Under the pieces are notes generated by a model. It did not search any database. It worked only from the letters and a program-made list of their open reading frames with translations, and was not told where the DNA came from. Below, piece by piece: positions 37,447 to 49,139 of a stretch of DNA of 64,000 nucleotides. The stretch comes from an uncultured Gemmatimonadaceae bacterium (lineage in GTDB: Bacteria > Gemmatimonadota > Gemmatimonadetes > Gemmatimonadales > GWC2-71-9), in contig CAZYIV010000008.1 of assembly GCA_964647615.1 (NCBI GenBank), positions 910 to 64,909 of the forward strand, read 5' to 3'. The stretch's first letter is position 1; the number at the start of each line of letters is the position of its first letter. The position numbers were made by a program, and so were the translations under genes.

Positions 37447-37989
37447 ATGGAATCGCTGCGCACGGGGCTCGATCTGCTGGCGGTGTTCGTGGTGCCGGCC
37501 ATCATCATCGGCTTCCCGCTGGTGGGCCTCCTCAAGCGGGTGCCGGTGTACGAGGAGTTCGTGGCGGGCGCGAAGGAAGGCTTCCAGGTGGCGGTGAACA
37601 TCATCCCCTACCTGGTCGCAATCCTCTTCGCGGTGGGGATGTTCCGCGCCTCGGGGGCGATGGACTTCCTGGTGGAGGGGCTGCGGCCGCTGCTGGCGCC
37701 GCTCGGCGTGCCTCCGGAGACCCTGCCGATGTGGATCGTCCGGCCGCTCACCGGTTCCGGCTCGGCGGGGATCATGCTGGACCTGATCCGGCAGTACGGC
37801 CCCGACTCGATCATCGTCAAGATCGCGGCGACGATGTTCGGCTCGACGGAGACCACGTTCTATGTGGTGGCGGTGTACTTCGGGGCGGTGAACATCAAGA
37901 AGACCCGGCACGCGGTGCCCGCCGGGCTCATCGCCGACATCTCGGCGATGTTCTTCGCGGTGTACGTGGTGCGGTGGCTGTTCGGCTGA
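37447..37989 (+). CDS. spmB: SpmB-like membrane protein
   Basis: VYEEFV.GAKEGF, PYLVAIL, RPLTGSG and GSTETTFYV..VYFG. Confidence 0.92.
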   Translation: MESLRTGLDLLAVFVVPAIIIGFPLVGLLKRVPVYEEFVAGAKEGFQVAVNIIPYLVAILFAVGMFRASGAMDFLVEGLRPLLAPLGVPPETLPMWIVRPLTGSGSAGIMLDLIRQYGPDSIIVKIAATMFGSTETTFYVVAVYFGAVNIKKTRHAVPAGLIADISAMFFAVYVVRWLFG

Positions 37990-37992
37990 GCC

Positions 37993-39717
37993 CTACACGC
38001 CGGCCACCTCGGCGGGCAGCACGAACCAGCGCAGCCGCTCGGCCGCAGCGGGCAGCTCCTCCCCCCCCGGGCCCGGCGGTTCCCGGGTCGCGACCCCGAG
38101 CAGGTGCCGCGCCTCCTCCAGGTAGTCCGCCAGCCGCTCGATCGGCTCCCGGTGGTGCCGCCCCTCGAAGCGGAGCCGCCCCTCGGCGTAGCTGATCCCC
38201 GCCAGGGACATCGGCGGCTCCGGCGTGACGCTCGCATGGCGCCACACGCCGGTGACCGGATCGAAGCGGTACTGCGGCAGCAGCCGCCACCCCTCCCGGG
38301 CCACCAGGTCCACCGCCTCCAGCAGGAAGCGGAACTCCTCCTCCGCCACGAAGTAGTTGAAGCTCACCCGCACCCAGCCGGGCTTGATCCCCTCGCATCC
38401 CTGGGTGATCACCGCCTCGAACTGGTGGCTGGTGGCGAGGTCGATCCCCAGCAGCCGGTGGCCGTAGGGGCCGGCGCAGGAACACCCGCCCCGCGCCTGG
38501 ATGCCGAAGAGATCGTTGAGCAGCGCCACCACGAAGTTGTGGTGCAGGTAGCGGGCGGAACCGCTGGCCAGCTCCGGCGGGGCATGCACCACGAACGAGA
38601 CGATCGACAGCCGCTCCGCCTCCGGGTGCCCCAGGATCTGCATCCGCGGGTTGCCCTGCCACGCGGCGATCGCGCGGCGGATGAAGCCCTCCTCCCGCCG
38701 CCGGATCTCCTCGATCCCCACCGCCTCCTTGAGCTGGAACACCAGCCCCGCACGGATGGACTCGACGATCGCCGGCGTGCCGCCCTCCTCCCGGTGCTCC
38801 GGCTCCTCCACGTAGCGGTGCCCCTCGGGGTTCACGTAGCTCACGGTGCCGCCGCCCGGCACGCCGGGCACCCGGTTCCGCAGGATGTCGCGCCGGAGCA
38901 CCAGGATCCCCGGTGTGCCGGGCCCGCCGATGAACTTGTGGGGGGAGAGGAACACCGCGTCCTTGTAGTCCTCGCCCTCGGTGGCCGGGGAGCGCACCTC
39001 GATCTGCACGTACGGCGCGGAAGCCGCGAAGTCCCAGAACGAGAGCGCGCCGTGCCGGTGCAGCAGCGCGGAGATGGCCGAGGTGTCCGAGATGATCCCG
39101 GTGACGTTGGAGGCGGCGGAGAAACTGCCGATGCGGAGCGGCCGGTCCCGGAACTCGACCAGCCGCCGCTCCAGCTCGGCCAGGTCGATGGCGCCGTTGG
39201 CGTCCTCGCCGATCTCCACCACGTCGGCGATGGACTCGCGCCAGGGCAGCTCGTTGGAGTGGTGTTCGTACGGGCCCACGAACACCACCGGCCGCTCCGC
39301 CCGGGGAATCCGTGCCAGCAGGTCGTGCCGCTCGGCCAGCTCGGCGGGCAGCCGGAGGCCCAGGATGTTCACCAGCCGGTCCACCGCCCCGGTGGAGCCG
39401 GATCCCACGAAGATCACCGCATGTTCCGCCCGGGTGGCACCCACCGCGGCGCGGATGATCTCCCGCGACTCCTCGCGGAAGCGGGAGGTCTGCCGCCCGG
39501 TGCCGGAGGTCTCGGTGTGGGTGTTGGCGTAGAGCGGGAGGACGTGCTCCCGGAGGAAGTCCTCGACGAAGCCGAGCGCCCGGCCCGACGCGGTGTAATC
39601 GGCGTAGGTCACCCGGCGGAGGCCGAACGGCGTCTGGACGGCGGTGTCCGCACCGACCACGGAGGCCCGGATGGTGTCGATGAGGGGGTGGGGCGGCAGG
39701 GGGGCGGTCCGGGGCAC
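37993..39717 (-). CDS. Class V PLP aminotransferase / cysteine desulfurase-like protein
   Basis: YADYTASGR, YANTHT, EHHSNELPW, SAASNVTG, SPHKF.GGPG, GGTP and GIQARGGCSCAGPYGH. It is the 3' part of track ORF 37993..42564. Confidence 0.9.
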   Translation of the reverse strand: MPRTAPLPPHPLIDTIRASVVGADTAVQTPFGLRRVTYADYTASGRALGFVEDFLREHVLPLYANTHTETSGTGRQTSRFREESREIIRAAVGATRAEHAVIFVGSGSTGAVDRLVNILGLRLPAELAERHDLLARIPRAERPVVFVGPYEHHSNELPWRESIADVVEIGEDANGAIDLAELERRLVEFRDRPLRIGSFSAASNVTGIISDTSAISALLHRHGALSFWDFAASAPYVQIEVRSPATEGEDYKDAVFLSPHKFIGGPGTPGILVLRRDILRNRVPGVPGGGTVSYVNPEGHRYVEEPEHREEGGTPAIVESIRAGLVFQLKEAVGIEEIRRREEGFIRRAIAAWQGNPRMQILGHPEAERLSIVSFVVHAPPELASGSARYLHHNFVVALLNDLFGIQARGGCSCAGPYGHRLLGIDLATSHQFEAVITQGCEGIKPGWVRVSFNYFVAEEEFRFLLEAVDLVAREGWRLLPQYRFDPVTGVWRHASVTPEPPMSLAGISYAEGRLRFEGRHHREPIERLADYLEEARHLLGVATREPPGPGGEELPAAAERLRWFVLPAEVAGV

Positions 39718-39815
39718 GAGGCGTCCGTTCGTCGGGGTGTGCCGAAGGTACCGACGGGGCCCCCGGGGCAGAAGTGCGGTGCCGGGGGCTGCTGGCCCCG
39801 CCTTCCGGCGTGACC

Positions 39816-39821
39816 TATAAT
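39816..39821 (+). promoter_or_regulatory. Consensus -10 TATAAT
   Basis: About 46 nt upstream of the kinase GTG in GC-rich DNA. The -35 match is weak. Confidence 0.5.
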
Positions 39822-39867
39822 TGGGCTGCTTTTCGCCGGCCCTCACCCCCCACGCCCTCGTGGTGCC

Positions 39868-42426
<2,559 letters not shown>

Positions 42427-42540
42427 GCGACCTGCCGGGCGCTCGCCCCCCCTGCTGTGGCGCCGCAGCAGGTCCCTCGCCCACCCGGCCGAATGTCCAG
42501 CCCGGGTGCAATGCCGTAAATCAATACCAAACAACATGTT

Positions 42541-42585
42541 GGGTGACGGACCGAATTCCGTCACCCGGTTGTGATTTTGCGCACA
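42541..42585. promoter_or_regulatory. 10-bp inverted repeat plus CRP-like box
   Basis: GGGTGACGGA-N6-TCCGTCACCC (42541-42566), then TGTGA-N6-GCACA (42570-42585). Confidence 0.45.
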
Positions 42586-42635
42586 TATCCTGCAGCGAGC
42601 TGGGATTCCTTCCTTCTATAGCTGAGGCCCCTCGG

Positions 42636-43829
42636 ATGCGCCCCCTCGCCCTATCGGCGGCCACTGGCCTGTTGCTGGTGCTTGCCTGTTCCTCTGACGC
42701 CCCGACCGCCCAGGCGCCCACCGCGCCGATGGCGAGTGTCTCCGCCGACGCCTGCCCGACAGTGGACGGCCTGCGGGACCAGATCACTGCCCTCTTTCCC
42801 GCCGGGCTCTACCAGCGCGAGGCCACCAGCGCACTGGTCGCAATGCGGAATTTCGTGAAGGCCGGCGACTTCGCCTCGGCCCAGGCGGTGATGTTCAAGC
42901 TGGTGAACTACACCCTGACGGGCTACTACGGCCACCAGCTGGTGGGCGACCAGTCGGCCAGCACCCAGCAGGCGGTGGTGACGCTGATCAACGGTCTCTA
43001 CTGCTACGTCGGGCTCGCGGCGCCCAACATTCCGCTCGGCGCCCTGGGCGATGACGGTGTCGTCGCGGTCATTGATCCCACCATGGGGCAGACCACCGTG
43101 GTGACCCCGAGCGCGCAGGCCGGCGTGGACATCCCCGCCGCCGCCACGCCGACCACGACGGTGCTCGCGGTCTACCGCCTGCCCGACACGCCCCACCCGC
43201 TCAACACCGCCCTGGACCAGTATCCGGCGTTCTACGAGTTCCAGGTCTCGCCGGTGGTGACCTTCAACCAGAATGTGCTGGTGGGTGCCTGCCAGCTGGG
43301 GAGCTTTGCCCCGGCCGACTACGGCCGGCTCAAGATCGGCCACAACCTTGGTGGCACCGGGTTCGAGCTGCTGCCGAAGCAGTCGCCGGCCTTCCTCGAC
43401 TGCACCGGGCTCGCCTCGATCACCGCCGACCCGTCCATCAACAGCACCTGCTGCCTCGGCGGGACCACCAAGAGCTTCAGCCCCTTCGGCGCGGTGGATA
43501 CCAGCACCACGATGGACGCCGCCTCGCTGCGGCGCATCACCGGCGCCGCCAACAGCCCGGTGCCCTCGAACCTGCTCCCGGCGGTCCAGATCCTCACCCC
43601 GCAGGGGCACCCGGTGCCGGGCATCACGGTGACCTTCAGCGTCCCGCAGGGCAGCGAGGGGAGCATCACCGGCGCCACCCAGGTGACCGATCAGAATGGC
43701 ATCGCCCGGGTCGGGTCCTGGACCCTCGGGTCGGGCCAGCTGTCGGACAAGGTGATCGCGACCGGCGTGCCGTTCCCCGGCAGCGGCCTCGAGCGCAACG
43801 GGCTCGACTTCACCGCCACGGTGCAGTAG
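42636..43829 (+). CDS. Lipoprotein with ZU5-like and bacterial Ig-like (Big_1-like) regions
   Basis: Lipobox VLAC, C-terminal P.VQIL...G.PVPGITVTF.....GSITG....TD.NGIA....WTLG. The middle domain assignment is tentative. Confidence 0.75.
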   Translation: MRPLALSAATGLLLVLACSSDAPTAQAPTAPMASVSADACPTVDGLRDQITALFPAGLYQREATSALVAMRNFVKAGDFASAQAVMFKLVNYTLTGYYGHQLVGDQSASTQQAVVTLINGLYCYVGLAAPNIPLGALGDDGVVAVIDPTMGQTTVVTPSAQAGVDIPAAATPTTTVLAVYRLPDTPHPLNTALDQYPAFYEFQVSPVVTFNQNVLVGACQLGSFAPADYGRLKIGHNLGGTGFELLPKQSPAFLDCTGLASITADPSINSTCCLGGTTKSFSPFGAVDTSTTMDAASLRRITGAANSPVPSNLLPAVQILTPQGHPVPGITVTFSVPQGSEGSITGATQVTDQNGIARVGSWTLGSGQLSDKVIATGVPFPGSGLERNGLDFTATVQ

Positions 43830-43940
43830 CGCCGCCCGCACACGCCACCGCCCCCGGCACCTCGACCTCGAGGCGTCGGGGGCGGTGCGCGTTCCGGCCC
43901 CCGGCCGGGCCCCGGCCCGGGGTGGCGGCGGTGCGGGCGC

Positions 43941-44282
43941 CTAGTCCCGCGGCTGGAGGCGGCGCAGTACCTCCCAGACCTCGTGGTACGTGGCGGCGCG
44001 GTCGTGGCCCCGCACCCGGGCCACCTCCGCCTTGAAATTCTGGTAGTCGATCCCGCGCGCCATCGCCGCCAGGGCCACCGCCACCGCCTCGCGCGGGGCC
44101 TGGGCCCGGAAGCGATAGTCGGCACCGGGATCCTCACTGATGGGGCCCATCGTGGGCAGGAAGCGGTCGCGGAGCCCCTCGAGATCCTCACGCCTGCGCG
44201 CGCGGACCGTCAGGGTCTTTCCGTCACGGTCCCAGGGCTTCTCGACCACGCTGAAGAACCCGACTGCACTCACCACCCACAT
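43941..44282 (-). CDS. Small conserved hypothetical protein
   Basis: Strong RBS GGAGGAG before MWVVSAVGFFSVV. Motifs VRARRREDL, DYRFRA and IDYQNFK recall a widespread uncharacterised family. Confidence 0.7.
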   Translation of the reverse strand: MWVVSAVGFFSVVEKPWDRDGKTLTVRARRREDLEGLRDRFLPTMGPISEDPGADYRFRAQAPREAVAVALAAMARGIDYQNFKAEVARVRGHDRAATYHEVWEVLRRLQPRD

Positions 44283-44518
44283 CCACCCCTCCTCCCCGGC
44301 GGCGAGGGGGGTCATCGCCGCGCCTGACACATCGGTGTATCGCATCCTTCGGGAGCGGTGTCAACTACCGGCCCGGCCTCGAGCGCGTGGCGAATTGCGA
44401 GGCGCGGGCTGCCGCACTCTGCAAGGGCCCGTCCGGGACTCAAGTCCGAGTGGATCCCGACCGATGGTGCCTGAACGGGGCCATGGAGGGCCCGACACCG
44501 TATGCATGGGAGCAGGCC

Positions 44519-45220
44519 ATGACCTTCTCAGGGATTTCCTTCAGCAACACCCGCTTCGCCGTCTCGGTGCGGGGGGACGAGGGCCAGCATCGCGGGCGGC
44601 AGCACGGCCTGCGCGGGCTGGCGAATGCGCTCGAGTCGGGGGACCTGGAGGCGGCGACCCGCCGCTTCACCGAACTCGCGGCACGGGGCCCGGGCCGCCG
44701 GCTGCAGGGCACCGACGCCGTGTCCACCGACCTGGCGAGCAAGTTCGCCGCGGTCGGGACCGCGCTCGCCTCCGGCGACGTGGCCGCGGCCAAGGACGCC
44801 TTCGTGGCGTTCCGGACCGCGCTCCGCTCCGCGGGCGAGGGCCCGGGCAGCTCCGACGTGAGCACCCAGCCGGTCCCGGGTGACTCGTCCGGGCTCCTGC
44901 CGGTGGACAGCCCGGTGGTGGTGACGCCGCCGAGCCTCCAGCCGGTGAACGGCACGGCCCCGGTCGTGCCGCAGATCGGCGCGCCGGCCGCCGCCCCCAC
45001 CGGGGGCACGGCGGTGCCGCAGATCGGTGCCCCGGCCACGCCGGTGCCCGCGGGCTCCGTCCCCGGGGCGGACCCGGCAACCACCCCCGCGGCCGCGCCC
45101 GCCGGCTCCACGCCCGCCAGCTACAGCCTGACCTACACCTACGTGCAGCTCAGCTGGAGCTACGGGCCGAACAGCGGCAGCCTTACCCAGACCGGCCTCA
45201 CGCTCAACGTGACCGGCTGA
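44519..45220 (+). CDS. Hypothetical protein with repeated AL.SGD..AA...F helices and a Pro/Ala tail
   Basis: Two AL(E/A)SGD(L/V)xAA units, a duplicated VPQIGAP and no Sec signal. Confidence 0.65.
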   Translation: MTFSGISFSNTRFAVSVRGDEGQHRGRQHGLRGLANALESGDLEAATRRFTELAARGPGRRLQGTDAVSTDLASKFAAVGTALASGDVAAAKDAFVAFRTALRSAGEGPGSSDVSTQPVPGDSSGLLPVDSPVVVTPPSLQPVNGTAPVVPQIGAPAAAPTGGTAVPQIGAPATPVPAGSVPGADPATTPAAAPAGSTPASYSLTYTYVQLSWSYGPNSGSLTQTGLTLNVTG

Positions 45221-45480
45221 GCCGCCCCGGCGGCACCCGCGCGCCCCGGCCCCTGGGCCGGGGCGCGCCGTGCGTCCGGCAGTGTGATCTCACCTCTTGC
45301 GGGAACCCGGCAATCGCCCAAGTGCCAATTCTGCTGCTGCGTCGCCACAACAAACGGGCCGGATCGAGCCGGGTTCCGGGCACCAGAAAACACCGCAAGT
45401 CGTTATTTGACAACATTGTACGCATCTGGCCCATCGGTTGCCATATTCGGCGGCACCCAGACCCCAAGGGCCGCAGACCG

Positions 45481-45921
45481 ATGCTTCCAATCCTGCTCCG
45501 GACCCCTGCCGGCGAGCGCCACTCCTACCCCACCCGGGAGGAGTTTGCGCTGGCCGTGCTCAAGGGCGACGTGCGGGATTTCTGGGAGGTCTATCACGCG
45601 GCCGGCGACTGCTGGCTGCCGGTCACCGAGCACCCGGTCTTCCGCATGCCCCGGCCCAGCGGCCGGAAACGGGTCTCGGACGCCGAGCGGACCCAGGACC
45701 TGGTGCTGGTTCATCCGGACGGCAGCGTGACGGTCGAGCCCTGGGCCCCGTCCGAGGAGCCCGAGCCGATCCCGCCCGCCCCGGCGGCGCGCCGCACCTC
45801 CGGCCCCCAGCGCCAGCCCGGCGCCCGGCCCTCGAATCCGTTGCTCGAGTCGGCCATCCGCGCCGTCCCGACCTTCTCCCGCGCCATCCTCGGCGCCGCC
45901 GCGCTGGTCCACCAGCGCTGA
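45481..45921 (+). CDS. Small protein with the same N-terminal domain as 20049..22187
   Basis: RT..G....Y.T.EEF..AV..G.V....E.YH.....WL.V..HP.F aligns by eye with the N-terminus of the 712-aa protein. Confidence 0.7.
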   Translation: MLPILLRTPAGERHSYPTREEFALAVLKGDVRDFWEVYHAAGDCWLPVTEHPVFRMPRPSGRKRVSDAERTQDLVLVHPDGSVTVEPWAPSEEPEPIPPAPAARRTSGPQRQPGARPSNPLLESAIRAVPTFSRAILGAAALVHQR

Positions 45922-46025
45922 ATCCCCCGGGGCCACCGCCCCGTCCGCTCCAGTTGCCCCGCCCGTCCGGACCGCGCACCTTCCCTGCGTCCTGGTCCAC
46001 CCCTGGCCCTCCTGGAGCCTTCCGC

Positions 46026-47675
46026 ATGCGTGCCCGCCTGTTCGCGGTCCTCTCATTCGCCTTGCTCGCCACCCCGCTCGCCGGCCAGGCCGATGCCGCC
46101 CAGCAGCGCGCCGACAGCCTGCGGGGCTTCATCACCCCCGAGCGGGCCTGGTGGGACGTGGCGTTCTATGACCTCGCGGTGCGGATCCAGCCGGCCGACA
46201 GCTCCATCCGGGGCGTGAACCGGATCACCTACCGGGTGCTCGCCGCGGGGCAGGTGCTGCAGGTGGACCTGCAGGAGCCGCTCGCGGCCGACAGCTTCGT
46301 CCAGGACGGGCGGGTGCTTCCCGCCCGGCGCGACGGCAACGCCTACTTCGTGACCCTGCCGGCCCCGCTCGCCGCCGGTGCCACCGCCACGCTCGCGGTG
46401 TACTACGGCGGCAAGCCCCACGTCGCCAAGCGGGCGCCGTGGGACGGCGGCTTCGTGTGGACGGCGGACAGCCTGGGCCGCACCGTCATCGCCACCGCCT
46501 GCCAGGGCACCGGCGCGAGCATCTGGTGGCCCAACAAGGACACCCAGGCCGACGAGCCGGACAGCCAACGGGTCGCGATCACCCTGCCGGACCCGATCAC
46601 GAACGTCTCCAACGGCCGGCTCCGGAGCCGCACCGCCAACCCGGACGGCACCACCACCTGGACCTGGTTCGTCAGCGAGCCGATCAACAACTACGATATC
46701 GCCGTCAACGCCGCGAACTACGCCCACTTCGAGGACACCTACGCGGGTGAGGCCGGCACCCTGACGCTCAACTACTGGCCGCTCGACTATCACCTCGAGG
46801 CGGCGAAGCGCCAGTTCACCCAGGTCAAGCCGATGCTGGCCTGCTTCGAGCACTGGTTCGGGCCCTACCCCTGGTACGCCGACGGCTACCAGCTGGTCGA
46901 GACCCCGCACCTGGGGATGGAGCACCAGAGCGGCATCGCGTACGGCAACCACTACGGCAACGGCTACCTGGGCCGCGACCTGAGCGGCACCGGCCGGGGC
47001 CTGAGCTGGGACTTCATCATCGTGCACGAGAGTGCCCACGAGTGGTTCGGCAACAACCTGACCACCGCCGACCTCGCGGACATGTGGGTGCACGAGAGCT
47101 TCGCCAACTATGCCGAGGGGCTGTTCGTCGAGTGCCAGCAGGGGAAGGAGGCGGGGGCCGAGTACAATCGCGGCAACCGGAAGGGCATCCGCAATGACCG
47201 GCCGATCGTGCCGGTGTTCGGCCGGAACCAGGAGGGCTCGGGCGACATGTACCCGAAGGGCGGGAACATGCTGCACACCATCCGGCAGGTGATCGGGGAC
47301 GACGACGCCTGGCGCCGCATCCTCCGCGGACTGAACCAGACCTACCGGCACCAGATCGTGACCGGCAAGCTGGTGCAGGACTACATCAGCTGGCAGTCAG
47401 GGCACGACTTCAGCCGCGTCTTCGCCCAGTACCTCACCACCACGAAGATTCCCGCCTTCGAGTACCGCCTCGCGGGCGACAAACTGTGGTACCGCTGGGC
47501 CGACGTGGTGCCGGGCTTCGACCTGCCGCTGCCGGTGCGGCTGGGCGCCGCGGGGTACACCACGCTGCGCCCCACCGAGGCGTGGCAGGTGACCCGCACC
47601 GACTTCACCACCGCCGACAGCATCGCCGTCAACCCGGACTACTACGTCCGCGCGGTGGCGGTCCCCGCGGAGTAG
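46026..47675 (+). CDS. Secreted M1 family aminopeptidase
   Basis: Signal peptide, GMEHQS, HESAHEWFGN, WVHESFANY and MYPKG. Confidence 0.93.
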   Translation: MRARLFAVLSFALLATPLAGQADAAQQRADSLRGFITPERAWWDVAFYDLAVRIQPADSSIRGVNRITYRVLAAGQVLQVDLQEPLAADSFVQDGRVLPARRDGNAYFVTLPAPLAAGATATLAVYYGGKPHVAKRAPWDGGFVWTADSLGRTVIATACQGTGASIWWPNKDTQADEPDSQRVAITLPDPITNVSNGRLRSRTANPDGTTTWTWFVSEPINNYDIAVNAANYAHFEDTYAGEAGTLTLNYWPLDYHLEAAKRQFTQVKPMLACFEHWFGPYPWYADGYQLVETPHLGMEHQSGIAYGNHYGNGYLGRDLSGTGRGLSWDFIIVHESAHEWFGNNLTTADLADMWVHESFANYAEGLFVECQQGKEAGAEYNRGNRKGIRNDRPIVPVFGRNQEGSGDMYPKGGNMLHTIRQVIGDDDAWRRILRGLNQTYRHQIVTGKLVQDYISWQSGHDFSRVFAQYLTTTKIPAFEYRLAGDKLWYRWADVVPGFDLPLPVRLGAAGYTTLRPTEAWQVTRTDFTTADSIAVNPDYYVRAVAVPAE

Positions 47676-47781
47676 GCCCGCCGCAACCCGCGCCCCCGGC
47701 GCCGCGTAGGGCGGCAGAGCCGGGGCCGCGGGGGTCGCCGGGATTCCACCGCCGCCCGGGAGCCGGTTTCTTTCCACTGCC

Positions 47782-49074
47782 ATGACCACGCCCGCGCTCC
47801 CCGCCACCCCCGCCCCGCCGGCGCTCCCGCCGCGCAAGGACGACGCCACCCGGCGCGCCGACCTGGCACGCATGAAGCGCATCGCCACCGGGTTCCTGGT
47901 GGTGGCGGCGGCCGTCTTCGTGGTGACCCGCTGGTTCGAGCCGGCGTACCCCTGGCTCGGCTTCGTCCGCGCGACGGCGGAGGCGGCACTGGTGGGCGGT
48001 CTCGCCGACTGGTTCGCCGTGACGGCGCTGTTCCGCCGGCCCCTCGGCCTCCCCATCCCACACACCGCCATCATCCAGACCCAGCAGGCGCGCATCGGCC
48101 GGGTGCTGGGGAACTTCGTGCAGAATCACTTCCTCTCCCACGACGTGCTGGCCGAGCGGCTCGCCAGCATGCGGGTGGCGGAGCGGGCCGCGCGCTGGCT
48201 GGGGGAGGAGGAGAACAGCCGCCGGCTGGCGCGGCACCTGGCGGTGGGCGTCGCGCAGGCCATGCAGACCGTGGAGGAGGAGCAGGCCCGGGCGCTGATC
48301 CAGGAGAGCGCCGTGGCCCGGCTCCGCACCATGCAGCTGGCGCCGCTGCTCGGCAGCGTGCTCTCGGTGGTGGCCACCGACCAGCGGCACCAGGTGCTGC
48401 TGGACGAGGCGCTCCGGCTGGCGGGCGAGACGCTGGAGAAGAACCGGGATGAACTGGCCCGGCGCATCAAGGAGGAAAGCCCATGGTGGGTGCCCACCGC
48501 GGTGGACCAGGCCTTCCAGAAAAAGATCGAGACCGCGAGCCTGCGGCTGATCCAGGAGGTCCGCGCCGACCCGTTCCACCCGCTCCGGCTCAAGTTCGAC
48601 ATCGCGGTGCGGCAGTTCATCGAGCGGCTGCGCTCCTCGGAGGAGGTGCAGCAGCGGGCCGAGACGATGAAGGCGGAGCTGCTGGAGCACCCGGCGGTGG
48701 GGGAGTTCGCCGCGTCGCTGTGGGACCGGGCCCGCGGGGCGGCCGAGCGGTTCAGCGCGGACGCGAGCGACGAGACGCTCGCGCCGCTCTCCCGCGGCAT
48801 CGGCGCGGTGGGCCGGTCGCTGCTGGACAAGCCGGAACGGCTGTCGGAGCTGGACCAGGTGCTCACCGCCTTCGCCGCCTCGGTGGTGGAGCGGCACCGG
48901 CACGAGGTGGCGGACCTCATTGCCGAGACGGTCCGGCGCTGGGACCCGGACTACGCCGTGGAGCGGCTGGAGCTGGCCGTGGGACAGGACCTGCAGTTCA
49001 TCCGGCTCAACGGCACCCTGGTGGGCGGGCTGGCCGGGCTCATCATCTACAGCCTCTCGCTGCTCTTCCGCTGA
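47782..49074 (+). CDS. DUF445 family membrane protein
   Basis: MKRIATG, AEAALVGGLADWFAVTALFR.PLGLPIPHTAII and DLQFIRLNGTLVGG. Confidence 0.93.
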   Translation: MTTPALPATPAPPALPPRKDDATRRADLARMKRIATGFLVVAAAVFVVTRWFEPAYPWLGFVRATAEAALVGGLADWFAVTALFRRPLGLPIPHTAIIQTQQARIGRVLGNFVQNHFLSHDVLAERLASMRVAERAARWLGEEENSRRLARHLAVGVAQAMQTVEEEQARALIQESAVARLRTMQLAPLLGSVLSVVATDQRHQVLLDEALRLAGETLEKNRDELARRIKEESPWWVPTAVDQAFQKKIETASLRLIQEVRADPFHPLRLKFDIAVRQFIERLRSSEEVQQRAETMKAELLEHPAVGEFAASLWDRARGAAERFSADASDETLAPLSRGIGAVGRSLLDKPERLSELDQVLTAFAASVVERHRHEVADLIAETVRRWDPDYAVERLELAVGQDLQFIRLNGTLVGGLAGLIIYSLSLLFR

Positions 49075-49089
49075 CCCCGGCAGGCGCGG

Positions 49090-49125
49090 CACGGCCCCCG
49101 CACGCCGATGCGTGCGGGGGCCGTG
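49090..49125. terminator. 16-bp hairpin after lipoprotein paralog A (convergent with DUF445)
   Basis: CACGGCCCCCGCACGC-CGAT-GCGTGCGGGGGCCGTG. Homologous to the hairpin at 54548. Confidence 0.7.
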
Positions 49126-49139
49126 TGGCGTCCCCGGCA

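Noticed and set aside
42493-42522. Fourth copy of the ECF promoter
   Set aside because: ATGTCC is present, but the position 18 nt later reads TAAATC, not CGCCAT.
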